Of a stretch of 64,000 bases of DNA, positions 1 through 7,981 are shown piece after piece. The translations under genes were made by a program, and so were the position numbers. The stretch lies in assembly GCA_027069135.1 (NCBI GenBank), contig JALXFE010000134.1:4684-68683 (forward strand), given 5' to 3'. Under the pieces are notes generated by a model. The model saw nothing but the letters and a program-made list of their open reading frames with translations. It was not told the origin of the DNA and did no database searches. Source of the stretch: Thermoanaerobaculia bacterium. GTDB taxonomy: Bacteria; Acidobacteriota; Thermoanaerobaculia; Multivoradales; JAHZIX01. Each line of letters starts with the position of its first letter. Position 1 is the first letter of the stretch.

Positions 1-22
1 CGAGGATACGGAATCTATCCAT
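1..22 (-). CDS. 5' end of a gene running off the window (MDRFRIL...), possibly MurA
   Basis: ATG at 22 overlaps the prmC TGA (TGATG coupling). MDRFRI resembles MurA N-termini, but only 7 codons are visible. Confidence 0.4.
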
Positions 23-906
23 CAGTGTTCCTTCTTCTCGTTCTTGTTCTCGTTTTCCTCGCGTCGGGCGAGAATCACGGTTCGGGGAATTTTCCCATAG
101 TCTCTGATCTCGCGAATCACCTGCCATCCTGCCTCCCGTCCGAAAGATTTCACCGCCGCCAGCTGCCCGAAGCCGATCTCGACCAGGACCCGGGCCCCGC
201 GGGCCAGCCCCCGGGCCTCCTCGAGGAGGCGCCGAAGCAAGGCGAGGCCATTGTCCGGGGCAAATAAGGCCAAATGTGGCTCGAAATCGCGGACATCTCG
301 GGGCAACGTAGAAGCGTCTTCTTTCGCGACGTAGGGAGGATTGCTGACCAGAAGGTGGATTTTCGAAAGGTCGAGGGGGCTGAGCAAGTCGGCGGCGGCG
401 AAGTGGATCCGATCTTCCACACCATGGAGCTGGGCATTGCCCCGAGCCAGGGCCAAGGCGGCCGGAGAGAGGTCCGTAGCGATGATCCGTGCCGTGGGGA
501 TCTCCAACGCCAAGGTGACGGCGAGACAACCGGAGCCGGTTCCCACATCGAGGATCCGGAGGTTCTCGGGAAGCCCTGGCATCGTCAGAACAGCCTCCAC
601 GAGATGCTCGGTTTCCGGCCGCGGGATCAACACGCGGTCATCGACAAGAAATTTCCGGCCGTAGAATTCCTTGCGGCCGAGGAGGTAGGCCGCTGGTTCG
701 CCCCGGCATCGCCGACGGATGAGGTCTTCGAACCGTCGGGCGACCTTTGCCGGTAGCCTCTGGTCGTCACGGGTCAGGATCTGTGCCTCGGAATAGCCCA
801 GGAGATAACCCAACAGGAGGGAGCTTTCTCGGGGCGCGATCTCGGGATCCGCGGTCTGGAGAGCTCGCCGCCCTCGCCGGAGGGCGGCTGCGATGGTTTC
901 TTCCAC
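22..906 (-). CDS. prmC: Release factor glutamine N5-methyltransferase (HemK/PrmC)
   Basis: Motifs GEPAAYLLGRKEFYG, VLIPRPETE, LDVGTGSG and SNPPY. Confidence 0.97.
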   Translation of the reverse strand: MEETIAAALRRGRRALQTADPEIAPRESSLLLGYLLGYSEAQILTRDDQRLPAKVARRFEDLIRRRCRGEPAAYLLGRKEFYGRKFLVDDRVLIPRPETEHLVEAVLTMPGLPENLRILDVGTGSGCLAVTLALEIPTARIIATDLSPAALALARGNAQLHGVEDRIHFAAADLLSPLDLSKIHLLVSNPPYVAKEDASTLPRDVRDFEPHLALFAPDNGLALLRRLLEEARGLARGARVLVEIGFGQLAAVKSFGREAGWQVIREIRDYGKIPRTVILARREENENKNEKKEH

Positions 907-1005
907 CGGCGGATTGTATGGGAGTTGGGGGATTCGGCGAAGCCGATCAGGGCTGCGCCGGAACGATGGACCTCGCGAGGGTAACTCGAGCCCGACCTCG
1001 GGCGG

Positions 1006-2190
1006 TCAGGGTCGCTTCGCCCCTCCAGGGAGACCCGTGGGAAGTGGTGCTCCGGCGTTGGCCGCAAGCTCGGCTAAGGCTTGGTCGATCTCCGCTAGGA
1101 CTTCGGCTTCGCCCTCCGTCTCCCGAGCGCCTGTGAGAGCCCGCAGGGCCGGCTCCCCGCCGATACGTCCCAGGGCCCAGGCCGCGTGACAGCGCACTGC
1201 CGCGTGCTCCTCCTGTGCCAGAGCCGTGGCCAGGGGAGCGACGTATTTTTCGTCCCCGCGGTTGCCCATCGCCGTTGCGGCGTTGCGCTTGAGTCCTTCG
1301 AGGCGAGCCCTTTGCATGGCGCTGCCACGGAAGCGCTCCCGATACTCGTCCCGGGGCAGGGCCAGCAGCTGGATGAGGTCCAGGTCCTGACGTTGAGAGG
1401 GGAGATGAAAATCCGTCTCCTCACCGACCGGTCCCTTGCGGATGTTCCAGGGGCAGACCTCCTGGCAGATATCGCAGCCAAAGACCCAATCGCCGATCTG
1501 GCGCCGCATTTCCCGGGGAACGGATTCCCGGTGTTCGATCGTCCAGTAACTGATGCAGCGGCTGCTGTCGAGGTGGAAGGGCTCCGAGAGGGCCTCCGTC
1601 GGGCAGGCTTCGAGACATCGGGTACAGCGCCCGCAGAGATCGGTAAGGGGCTCGTCGGGGGGAAGCTCCAGGGTGAGAAGAATCTCCCCCAGGAGGAACC
1701 AGGAACCCTCGCGGCGGAGCAGGCAGGTGTTTTTCCCGACCACGCCGAGGCCCGCCTTAGCGGCCAGCTCTCGTTCCAAGACGGGCCCGGTGTCCACATA
1801 GGCGCGGGTCTGGCAGGGCGCGAATTCTTCCCGGAGGGTCTTCGCGAGGCGCTTCAGCCGCTTGCCCATGAGGTTGTGGTAGTCCCGACCGTGAGCATAA
1901 CGAGCAACACGGGGCCAGAGGTCTCCCGAGGGCTCTTCCGCGTCTGCCAGGGGCCAGTATTGCAGCGCAACGCAGAGGGCGGATCGAGCTCCCGGGAGGA
2001 TTGTTCTGGGGTCCAGGCGCTCTTCCACCCGCTGCGCCAGGTATTCCATACCGGCGTGGTGTCCTTTCTTGAGCCAGCTCCGGTAGGCCTCACCGTGGGG
2101 AGAGGGTTCCAGCCGGGCCACTCCGACTCGATCAAAGCCCCTCTCCGAGGCGAGCTCTCGGAGGCGAGCCACGATACCTGCCGGATCCAC
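1006..2190 (-). CDS. queG: tRNA epoxyqueuosine(34) reductase QueG with C-terminal HEAT-like repeat
   Basis: ARYAHGRDYH, VDTGPVLERELA, CGRCTRCLEACPT and FGCDICQEVCPWN. Start set at GTG 2190, just after the upstream stop. Confidence 0.95.
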   Translation of the reverse strand: MDPAGIVARLRELASERGFDRVGVARLEPSPHGEAYRSWLKKGHHAGMEYLAQRVEERLDPRTILPGARSALCVALQYWPLADAEEPSGDLWPRVARYAHGRDYHNLMGKRLKRLAKTLREEFAPCQTRAYVDTGPVLERELAAKAGLGVVGKNTCLLRREGSWFLLGEILLTLELPPDEPLTDLCGRCTRCLEACPTEALSEPFHLDSSRCISYWTIEHRESVPREMRRQIGDWVFGCDICQEVCPWNIRKGPVGEETDFHLPSQRQDLDLIQLLALPRDEYRERFRGSAMQRARLEGLKRNAATAMGNRGDEKYVAPLATALAQEEHAAVRCHAAWALGRIGGEPALRALTGARETEGEAEVLAEIDQALAELAANAGAPLPTGLPGGAKRP

Positions 2191-2194
2191 CGGA

Positions 2195-3256
2195 TCACCC
2201 CTCGTCGATGAGCTCGCCGACACCCTCGATGGATGTGATGAAGTCGGCACCGAAGGCCTTGGCGGGAGTCTGGAAGCCGATGGGACTCTCCCCCTTCAAT
2301 ACCCGTTCAGCGATCGCTACGGCGGTGCGAGCGGTGAGGGTGTAGCCCTCCGGGGTCTCGAGTCGTGTCACGGCAGTCTCTCCGGCGGGGTTGGTGACTT
2401 CACCCCACAGGTAGCTCTTGGATCGTGCCCGTTGTTTGGCGCTGGGGCCGGGTTTGCGGGCTTGGACGCGGCCCTTCATGAACCATTGGACGGGAGTGCT
2501 TCCCAGCAGAGGGGCCAGGTAGCGCATGAAACGCAGGGTGGTTCGTTGGGAGCTGGGCATCGCCGCATAGACCTCGATGTTGGGAATACCGGTGGTGTGA
2601 AAGGCCGTCGCCACATCCCCCCAGGGAATCGTCACCGCTAGCGAGGAGCCCCCTTCGCCAAAGTCCAGATTCCGGCTCTTCCAGGCGGCGGGGACCGGGG
2701 TCAAGCGTCCGTCCTGGCGTACCAGGCCGCCCCGGTGGATGTTTTCCACCATCGTCAAGGCTGTGCCCCGGGAGATCTTGCCCATCGCCTTGAAGGCGAG
2801 ACAGAGGGACGTCGCGTCCGGCAGGCGTTCCTTCAGGTGGAGCGCCAGACAATCCGACGGGACGACGTCGAAGCCGACTCCCGGCAGCAGCATGACTTGG
2901 GCGGCGGCAGCCTGTTCGCCGAGGGCCGCCACGGATTCGAAAACAGCGGCCTCACCGGTGATGTCCAGGTAGTGGGTTCCGGTGGCGATGGCGGCCCGGC
3001 AGACCCTGGCGTGGGTGTGGAGGAAGGGGCCCGCACAATGGAGCACGGCCGCCATCTCCCGGAGCTCTTCCTCGACGATGCGCGGGTCTTCGAGCTTGAA
3101 GACCCGGAACGGCAACCCCAATTCCCGGGCGAGGGCGATGACACGATCCGGATCTCTTCCGGCAAGGGTCGGTTCGAGGCCTTTCTCGACGGCCCGGCGG
3201 GCGATCAGCTCGCCGCTGTACCCGTAGGCGCCATAGATCATCAAACTTCCATTCAT
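2195..3256 (-). CDS. Saccharopine dehydrogenase-like NAD(P)-binding oxidoreductase
   Basis: IYGAYGYSG Rossmann motif, CAGPF, HYLDITGE, GFDVVPSD. Start at MNGSL (3256) is estimated. Confidence 0.85.
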   Translation of the reverse strand: MNGSLMIYGAYGYSGELIARRAVEKGLEPTLAGRDPDRVIALARELGLPFRVFKLEDPRIVEEELREMAAVLHCAGPFLHTHARVCRAAIATGTHYLDITGEAAVFESVAALGEQAAAAQVMLLPGVGFDVVPSDCLALHLKERLPDATSLCLAFKAMGKISRGTALTMVENIHRGGLVRQDGRLTPVPAAWKSRNLDFGEGGSSLAVTIPWGDVATAFHTTGIPNIEVYAAMPSSQRTTLRFMRYLAPLLGSTPVQWFMKGRVQARKPGPSAKQRARSKSYLWGEVTNPAGETAVTRLETPEGYTLTARTAVAIAERVLKGESPIGFQTPAKAFGADFITSIEGVGELIDEG

Positions 3257-3363
3257 AGTCTTCGGCTGCTCCCTGGCCCCACTCCGGGGCGACGTGTTGT
3301 GTCCTTCGAGGGTCCAAGGATACTCGATCGATCCCTCGGTCATCGACTGCTAGACTCCGCCGG

Positions 3364-3927
3364 ATGAGCGAAACACGACGCTGTGGTTGGGTTAGCGACG
3401 ATCCTCTCTACCTCCGGTACCACGACGAAGAGTGGGGTGTGCCGGAACATGACGACCGTCGGCTATTTGAGATGCTGATCCTCGAGGGGGCCCAGGCAGG
3501 CCTGAGTTGGATCACCGTGCTCAAGAAGCGAGAGGCCTATCGGGAGCTTTTCGAGGGTTTTTACCCGGAAACCGTCGCGAAGATCACGCCGACCCGGGTC
3601 GAAGAGCTGCTGCAGAACCCGCGCATCATCCGCAATCGCCTCAAGGTCGAGTCGACGGTGACCAACGCCCAAGCTTTCCTTGAAGTGCAAGAAGAATTCG
3701 GTAGCTTCGACGCCTACCTGTGGCGTTTCGTCGATGGGAAACCGAAGCTCAACGCCTGGAAGACTCTCGCCCAAGTCCCGGCTTCTACGGAGGAGTCCAA
3801 CGTTCTGAGCAAGGACCTCAAGAAACGAGGTTTTCGCTTCATCGGGACTACGATCTGCTATGCCTACATGCAAGCCGTCGGACTGGTCAATGACCACACG
3901 ACGGATTGTTTTCGCTATCCGCTCTAG
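3364..3927 (+). CDS. tag: DNA-3-methyladenine glycosylase I
   Basis: RCGW, YHDEEWG, LEGAQAGLSW, IIRNRLK, NDHTTDC. Confidence 0.96.
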   Translation: MSETRRCGWVSDDPLYLRYHDEEWGVPEHDDRRLFEMLILEGAQAGLSWITVLKKREAYRELFEGFYPETVAKITPTRVEELLQNPRIIRNRLKVESTVTNAQAFLEVQEEFGSFDAYLWRFVDGKPKLNAWKTLAQVPASTEESNVLSKDLKKRGFRFIGTTICYAYMQAVGLVNDHTTDCFRYPL

Positions 3928-4084
3928 TGTCCCGATTGGCTAATTCGCGTGAGAAATCGCGAGGCATTTCGGGACTCTGGTAAGGCGTGAGGACAAGTAA
4001 TAGCAGAGCTATTGCGCGGAGGAACAACGCAGCTAGAGCCCGAAAGGGCCGCGTATTTATGCGATGAATTTGTCAATCGGGACA

Positions 4085-5380
4085 CTAGCGGTCCCGCCGC
4101 AGAGAATGCAGCTGGCCCATGGTTCGGCGGATCAGCTCTGCCGTCACCTTCTCGCGCTCGGCGGCCTTGTGGAAGAGAAGCAAAGTCGCCATGGCCTCGC
4201 GGTGCATGCCTGTCGCTTGGAAGATCGGCAGCATCTCGTCGGCGAGAGTCTTGATTTCCACGGTCCGACCCTGCTCGAGGTAGACGGCTGCCAATTCGAG
4301 AGAGACGAGGGCCACATCCCAGGCGATCTTCTCTTGGATGAAGGCTTCTCGGGTCTCGAGAAACGCTCGTTCAGCCTCTTCGAGCTCGTTGCGTTCCCGG
4401 GCCATTCTCGCTTCGAGCCACCTCAACCGGAGTAGGTTTATGGCGTCCCCCAAGGCCTGGTAGAGAGGGCGGCTCTGTTCGAGGATTTCCGCCGCTTCTT
4501 CATGGCGATGCAGGTCGGTCAAATAGAGAACGAGGTTGTGGCTTGCCGCCAACGCCAATCTTGGTTCTCTTCGGGTATCGACCAGGGAAAGGCCTTCGCG
4601 GAGCAATGAAATCGCCTGTTCCGAGTTGCCAGCATATCCATGGTAGAGGGATTTGTAGATCACGGTCCGGCCAAGTAGGTGACGTTCACCACATTGGCGA
4701 TAGATGCGGATGGCCTTTTCGAGAAGCTGGAAACTCTCGTCGAACTGTCCCTGGTCCGCACGGAGCGATCCTCGCAGGCTCGTCAGCCAGGCGTTTTCCA
4801 GAAGGTCACCGCTACCACCTTCCTCGAGCAACTGCCCTGCTTCATCCAAAGCCTTCTCCGCCAAGTGCGGTTCACTGGCCACGCGATACGCGTTTGCCAA
4901 GATACCGAGACTTCTCGCTCGCAGATCGAACGTCGCAGCAGCCCCAAGAGCCCCACCCGGCAGGCGGTCGGAGATTTCTCTCGCGAGCTGCGCCAGAGCG
5001 ACAGCTTCTGGGGGCCGGCGGAAGCAGGCATCCAGGCTCCGCTCATGGAGCTTCTCGCAGAGCGGTCGATTTAGAAACCTGGAGCTATTCCGTACGAGAA
5101 CCTGGGCCCGTTCCGGCGGGTGCTTGAGAAGCTCCTCCAAGAGGGCCGGCGCTCGTTCCTTCTGGCGATCCAGCTCAGCGCGCTGGTCGAGAAGGGAGGG
5201 GAGCAACGAAGACAGGAGGTCCTGATACCCCCCTTGCGCCGCCTTCTCGAGGTCGCCCTGTTTCGAGGTGCGGGCCCGTCCCCCTCGGGCAAGTTGTGCG
5301 ATGCCCGATAGCTCCTCTGTTGTGAGTCGGGCCCTCAAGACCTCGGCGAGTTGTGACGACGGCTTAGCGTGGCCGGCCAT
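4085..5380 (-). CDS. Cytoplasmic tetratricopeptide-repeat protein (putative anti-sigma/peptide receptor)
   Basis: All-helical TPR-like repeats (GQFDESFQLLEKAIRIY, GNSEQAISLLREGL, RHEEAAEILEQSRPLY). No TM segment or signal peptide. Start ATG 5380 overlaps the sigma-factor 3' end. Confidence 0.8.
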   Translation of the reverse strand: MAGHAKPSSQLAEVLRARLTTEELSGIAQLARGGRARTSKQGDLEKAAQGGYQDLLSSLLPSLLDQRAELDRQKERAPALLEELLKHPPERAQVLVRNSSRFLNRPLCEKLHERSLDACFRRPPEAVALAQLAREISDRLPGGALGAAATFDLRARSLGILANAYRVASEPHLAEKALDEAGQLLEEGGSGDLLENAWLTSLRGSLRADQGQFDESFQLLEKAIRIYRQCGERHLLGRTVIYKSLYHGYAGNSEQAISLLREGLSLVDTRREPRLALAASHNLVLYLTDLHRHEEAAEILEQSRPLYQALGDAINLLRLRWLEARMARERNELEEAERAFLETREAFIQEKIAWDVALVSLELAAVYLEQGRTVEIKTLADEMLPIFQATGMHREAMATLLLFHKAAEREKVTAELIRRTMGQLHSLRRDR

Positions 5381-5912
5381 TGGCGACCTCCTGCAGAAAA
5401 CCGACTTCGACCAGCTGGCGGACAAGAGCAGCCAAACATCGATTGGCTACTTTACGCACACTGCTCTGCCGGTAGCCCATGCGCTCTGCGATTTCGTTCG
5501 GTTTCAGGCCCAATCCGTATCTAAGCCGCAGAATGGTGCGGCAGCGGGGCCGAAGGGTCGCCAAGGTCCGTTCCAGATCCTGGCGAAGGGTTACGTTTTC
5601 TTGGGAGGGCTTTTGACCCTCCGCCATGAGCTCGAGGATGGCTTCATCCACAGCCTCGTAGAGGCGGCTACGCCGGCTGCGCCAATACATGATGCAGCGG
5701 CGCCGCAGGGTTCCGATGAGCCAAGCCTCGGGTTTGATGACCGTTTCCCATTTGTACAAGAGCGTCAGGAGGGTGTCCTGGAGGACATCTTCCGCGTCCT
5801 CCCTCGGGATCTGGTAGCGACCGAGAATCTGCTTGAGAGTCGGCTGCACCCGCTTGAGCAAGAACTCGAAGTTCTCGTTGTCCTGCGCTTCTTCGGGGAT
5901 GGTCATCGTCAT
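5364..5912 (-). CDS. ECF-type sigma-70 family RNA polymerase sigma factor
   Basis: Region 2 (DAEDVLQDTLLTL...AWLIGTLRRRCIMYWR) and region 4 (LATLRPRCRTILRLRYGLGLKPNEIAERMG). Confidence 0.92.
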   Translation of the reverse strand: MTMTIPEEAQDNENFEFLLKRVQPTLKQILGRYQIPREDAEDVLQDTLLTLLYKWETVIKPEAWLIGTLRRRCIMYWRSRRSRLYEAVDEAILELMAEGQKPSQENVTLRQDLERTLATLRPRCRTILRLRYGLGLKPNEIAERMGYRQSSVRKVANRCLAALVRQLVEVGFLQEVANGRPR

Positions 5913-5932
5913 TGGAGAGGAATCCTTGTTGG

Positions 5933-6256
5933 TTACGGGCTACCGTCCGGTCCTATCCCCGGGCCGTTCTCGCCGTTTCCACCGTTCTCCGTCGTTCCTC
6001 CCGCGCCCTCGTCGGCGTTGGACGTACCGCCGCCTGAGTCGGAGGTCTTGGGGGAGGGATTTACCCCGGAAATATCCTCGGATCCATCCGGGAAGAGGTC
6101 GCTGAAGTAATTGAGGAGAAAGGAAATGGGACTCCACGATTCCTGATAGCCGGCTTCCTTTTCTGGAGAGGCTGCGGTCGCGGTCAGAGGAATACAGAGG
6201 AGCGTCGCGGTGACGAAGAACACTCCCAGGACGCGGCGGAAAAACCTCCCAGACAT
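5933..6256 (-). CDS. Small secreted protein / putative signalling-peptide precursor
   Basis: GGAGG RBS, Sec-type signal peptide (MSGRFFRRVLGVFFVTATLLCIPLTATAA), amphipathic helix, G/S/N/D-rich linker, C-terminus ENGPGIGPDGSP. Ends 20 nt before the sigma ATG. Confidence 0.75.
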   Translation of the reverse strand: MSGRFFRRVLGVFFVTATLLCIPLTATAASPEKEAGYQESWSPISFLLNYFSDLFPDGSEDISGVNPSPKTSDSGGGTSNADEGAGGTTENGGNGENGPGIGPDGSP

Positions 6257-6475
6257 CGAAAAACCTCCAAGGTCGTTAGAATGAAAAACTTGTGCTGTAG
6301 AGGGCCTACCCTAAGAAGTGCGGAGTGTCCGCGGATCCGGGACAATTCTCGCGGGTGCTGAGCCTGCTGGCTGTAGATATCTACACTATTCCAGTCTTTA
6401 GTGTGGTCGATATTTCTGTGATGAGGGGGTGAGTCGCTGGATCGCTCCGTGGGGAGAGTCGGAGATTCCGGGATC

Positions 6476-7561
6476 TCAAAAGGTCGCGGTGCTGGTCACC
6501 TCCCTCATCTTTTCTGCTTGGAGGCTGGCGAGGAGAGGGTCGATGAGGGGGTCCAACTCCCCTTCCATGACCTGTGGCAGCTGGTGGAGGGTCAGGCCGA
6601 CACGGTGGTCTGTAACTCGGTTCTGGGGGAAGTTGTAGGTCCGGATTTTCTCCGAACGATCACCGCTTCCAACCATCTTGCGCCGTTCTTCCGAGATGGC
6701 GCTTTGAGCCTTCTCGGTCTCGATTTCCAACAGCCGGGCCTTGAGAACCCGCATCGCTTTCGCCCGGTTCTTGATCTGGCTTCGCTCATCTTGGCAGGTC
6801 ACGACGAGGTTGGTGGGCAGATGGGTGATGCGTACGGCGGAGTAGGTGGTGTTCACCCCCTGGCCGCCCGGACCGGAAGAACAGTAGCGGTCGATACGCA
6901 GATCTTTTTCAGCGATATCGATTTCGACATCCTCCGCTTCCGGTAGGACGGCGACGGTGACGGCGGAGGTGTGGATTCGACCGGAGGCCTCGGTATCTGG
7001 GACTCGCTGTACCCGATGAACTCCACCTTCAAATTTCAGTCGGCTGAAAGCACCGCGGCCCTCGATGATGGCCGAGACTTCTTTGATGCCGCGGACGCCG
7101 GACTCCGAGAGGTCGATGATATCCACCTTCCAGCCGCGGTGTTCCGCGTACCGGCTGTACATGCGGAAAAGCTCCCCGGCGAAGAGGGTCGCTTCGTCGC
7201 CGCCGGTTCCTGCACGGATCTCCAAGACGACGTTGCGGGCGTCGTTGGGATCCTTGGGGAGCAGCTCTTTGCGCAACTCGCCCTCGAGCCCGGAAAGCTT
7301 TTGCAGCAGATCCTTGTGCTCGGTCTGGGCCAACTCGTAGAGCTCGTCGTCCTTCGCCAGCCCCTGCAGCATCTCTTCGGTATCCTCCTGCTGACGCCGA
7401 AGGTCCTGGTACTTGCGGTAGAGCTTTACGGTGTTGTCGAGGTCCGAGAGGGTCTTGCTGGCTTCCCGGAAGGCTGCCGGATCGGCGATGGTCTCGGGAA
7501 GAGACAGCTTGTGGGTGAGCTCCTCGTAGGTCTGTTCGATCTGGGCGAGCTTTTCAAGCAT
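6476..7561 (-). CDS. prfA: Peptide chain release factor 1
   Basis: [20 protein letters not shown] (PxT), [22 protein letters not shown]. Confidence 0.98.
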   Translation of the reverse strand: MLEKLAQIEQTYEELTHKLSLPETIADPAAFREASKTLSDLDNTVKLYRKYQDLRRQQEDTEEMLQGLAKDDELYELAQTEHKDLLQKLSGLEGELRKELLPKDPNDARNVVLEIRAGTGGDEATLFAGELFRMYSRYAEHRGWKVDIIDLSESGVRGIKEVSAIIEGRGAFSRLKFEGGVHRVQRVPDTEASGRIHTSAVTVAVLPEAEDVEIDIAEKDLRIDRYCSSGPGGQGVNTTYSAVRITHLPTNLVVTCQDERSQIKNRAKAMRVLKARLLEIETEKAQSAISEERRKMVGSGDRSEKIRTYNFPQNRVTDHRVGLTLHQLPQVMEGELDPLIDPLLASLQAEKMREVTSTATF

Positions 7562-7651
7562 GGGAGCTTTGGGCCTTTTCGCCGGCCCTGAGCGTTTGAG
7601 CAGTTCGTTCTACGGTGGAGCAAGGAAGCCCCACCGGGGAGGCTCGACGTC

Positions 7652-7855
7652 TTAGCTCTGCTGACCGTAGCGGCGACGGAAGCGCTCAACTCGACCCGCT
7701 GAGTCGATGAGCTTCTGCTTCCCGGTGAAGAAGGGATGACAATTGCTACAGATTTCTAGCCTCATCTCGTCGGTCGTAGCACGGGTCGTGAAGGTGTTGC
7801 CGCAGGCGCAAACGACTTCCACGGTATGAAGCTCAGGATGAATATCTTTTCGCAT
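7652..7855 (-). CDS. rpmE: 50S ribosomal protein L31 (zinc-binding type A)
   Basis: [31 protein letters not shown]. Confidence 0.97.
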   Translation of the reverse strand: MRKDIHPELHTVEVVCACGNTFTTRATTDEMRLEICSNCHPFFTGKQKLIDSAGRVERFRRRYGQQS

Positions 7856-7981
7856 GGTGACTTTACTCCTTGCGGGCTCCTTGCGGATTCGAGTCTTCGG
7901 ATGGCCCACTCCTACGAGTGAGCGAAGTGGCAGCCTAACTCAAAAAGATGTCTCTGACAAGAACCTTACGAGGTCTCGATC

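Noticed and set aside
1186-2211. Long antisense ORFs (e.g. 1186-2211, 12119-13153, 14604-15911, 46013-47131, 49298-50302, 55223-56383)
   Set aside because: Shadow frames of well-supported genes in high-GC DNA, with no recognisable motifs
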